Source of the DNA: Glaucostegus cemiculus
Lineage: Eukaryota
DNA: 64,000 nucleotides
Direction of reading: 5' to 3'
Assembly: GCA_976551045.1 (NCBI GenBank)
Contig: CDPCPM010000370.1
Span: 2,294,001-2,358,000, forward strand
This document shows, piece after piece, positions 62,831 through 64,000 of this stretch. Under the pieces are notes generated by a model. That model was given only the letters and a program-made list of their open reading frames with translations, did not search any database and was not told the DNA's origin. How positions within the stretch are numbered: position 1 is the first letter of the stretch; each line of letters begins with the position of its first letter. Position numbers and translations under genes: made by a program.

Positions 62831-63277
62831 GGCGTCATGACACAGAGGTCTACGATAGAGTCGGAAACAAGGATCCAGACGACAGTTAAATGAACCTTCT
62901 TATTTGCTCTGTGATAATCGGCAAAAATCATGTCAGCCAAATCTGATGACTGTTCTTGGAGCCTAGTGTTTAATATCTTCAGTAGATCCTATCTATCTGC
63001 GTTCATCTCCAGGAGACTTGACGCACCAGAAGGCAGTGTTCCAATTGTACGCTGCAGTTTAACTGCAGTTCTGTCTGACGGTTTGTTCTTCATCAACCGT
63101 TAGCTCAAGCGCATATTGGATCAGTGAAACATCGCCAGAGGCTCCAGCAACAAAGCATAGGAATTGTCAGCAGTCTGGAAGTGAATGGACGCCACAGTCA
63201 CCACACAAGCGAACTAACCCCCTAGACTCACCACGTAACACTGGAATTATCGTCAGTAAGGACAACAGACAGGCCAT
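62831..63277 (-). pseudogene. TRAV: TCR V pseudogene V20 (leader 63277-63232, V exon 63144-62831)
   Basis: Acceptor is TG instead of AG, TAA follows NCS, and there is a 7-bp insertion frameshift. The heptamer and most of the spacer are deleted. Confidence 0.87.
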
Positions 63278-64000
63278 GGTGTCTGGTTTGGAAACACATG
63301 GTTAATAGCGGAATGATCCCACCGTGTTGATGCGTCAGATCGGATTGTGTGAGGAAACGTAGACCAGGGTCAAAGCTTCTGTTGGGAAGATTTGGGGCTT
63401 TTTCCTAGTGCCTGATTGTAAGGGCACGCACAACTGTCGTAATTTCAGTACATGCCTGGGGTCTCCCACAGCTCATCAAATTCGACCAAATCCCATCTTC
63501 ACACTTCGCTTTAAGTGCTCTCCCACCCCCCCACCCCCACCCAACATCTCTCGGTGTCTCTGTCTCTCTCTTTCCCATTATCTCCCACTTACACAATTTC
63601 TCTCTTCTTGCCCAGGTATCGTTGGCTTTCCTATTCCAGGTGCTCATTTGAAAATTGACCATATTGAAAACTTTGACAATTGTCTTACAATTCCTAATAT
63701 TCCTTCCACAATAAGATAAAGAGTTCTGTTAATAACAGGACGAAATACTTGCGCAGAAACATGCAACTCCACAGTGATCCAACTAAGAATGCCTAAGAGG
63801 AGTGATTCTGCTCGTCGTACCATAATACGGTTCTTCAAAGTTGCGTCAGAATAGGGTGAGAAAGTTGCTGAGAAAACGCCATCTCAGATATGGAGAGCAT
63901 AGGGGGAATTAGGTTCTCCTTGGAACAGGGACTGTTTGCAACGCATTTGCGAGGAACTGAGGTGGTTGTGATCACTTCTGTATACCGCGGTAAGTGCGCC

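Noticed and set aside
4930-63277. NAR-TCR, supporting V-delta, TAILV or IgH V segments
   Set aside because: All V have their own leader, I saw no extra non-canonical Cys in the mature domains and no interspersed D or J segments, and the ends are YYCAL/YLCAM. They fit conventional alpha(/delta) V. Alpha versus delta use cannot be settled from this window.

Overview
Vertebrate genomic DNA, very likely from a cartilaginous fish (shark or ray), judged from the CR1 LINE and V-SINE content and the V sequences. The window lies inside the variable-segment array of a T-cell receptor alpha(/delta) locus. I read 20 V segments, all on the minus strand, each with a leader exon (46 or 52 bp), a phase-1 intron, a V exon of about 300 bp and a 23-type RSS (RSS largely deleted in V20). 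Fifteen look intact, five are pseudogenes, and there is one further relic. They form family A (V1-V6), two divergent singletons (V7, V8) and family B (V9-V20). No D, J or C segment is present. The most notable non-coding signal is a CTCF-type motif just 3' of almost every RSS nonamer, always in the same orientation, plus further oriented CTCF-like sites. This resembles the RSS-associated CBEs of mouse proximal IgH VH genes. Also visible are two tandem cassette duplications (one producing a chimeric V), an empty V unit, an orphan promoter and systematically non-canonical heptamers. All coordinates and motif matches were read by eye; nothing was computed or searched.
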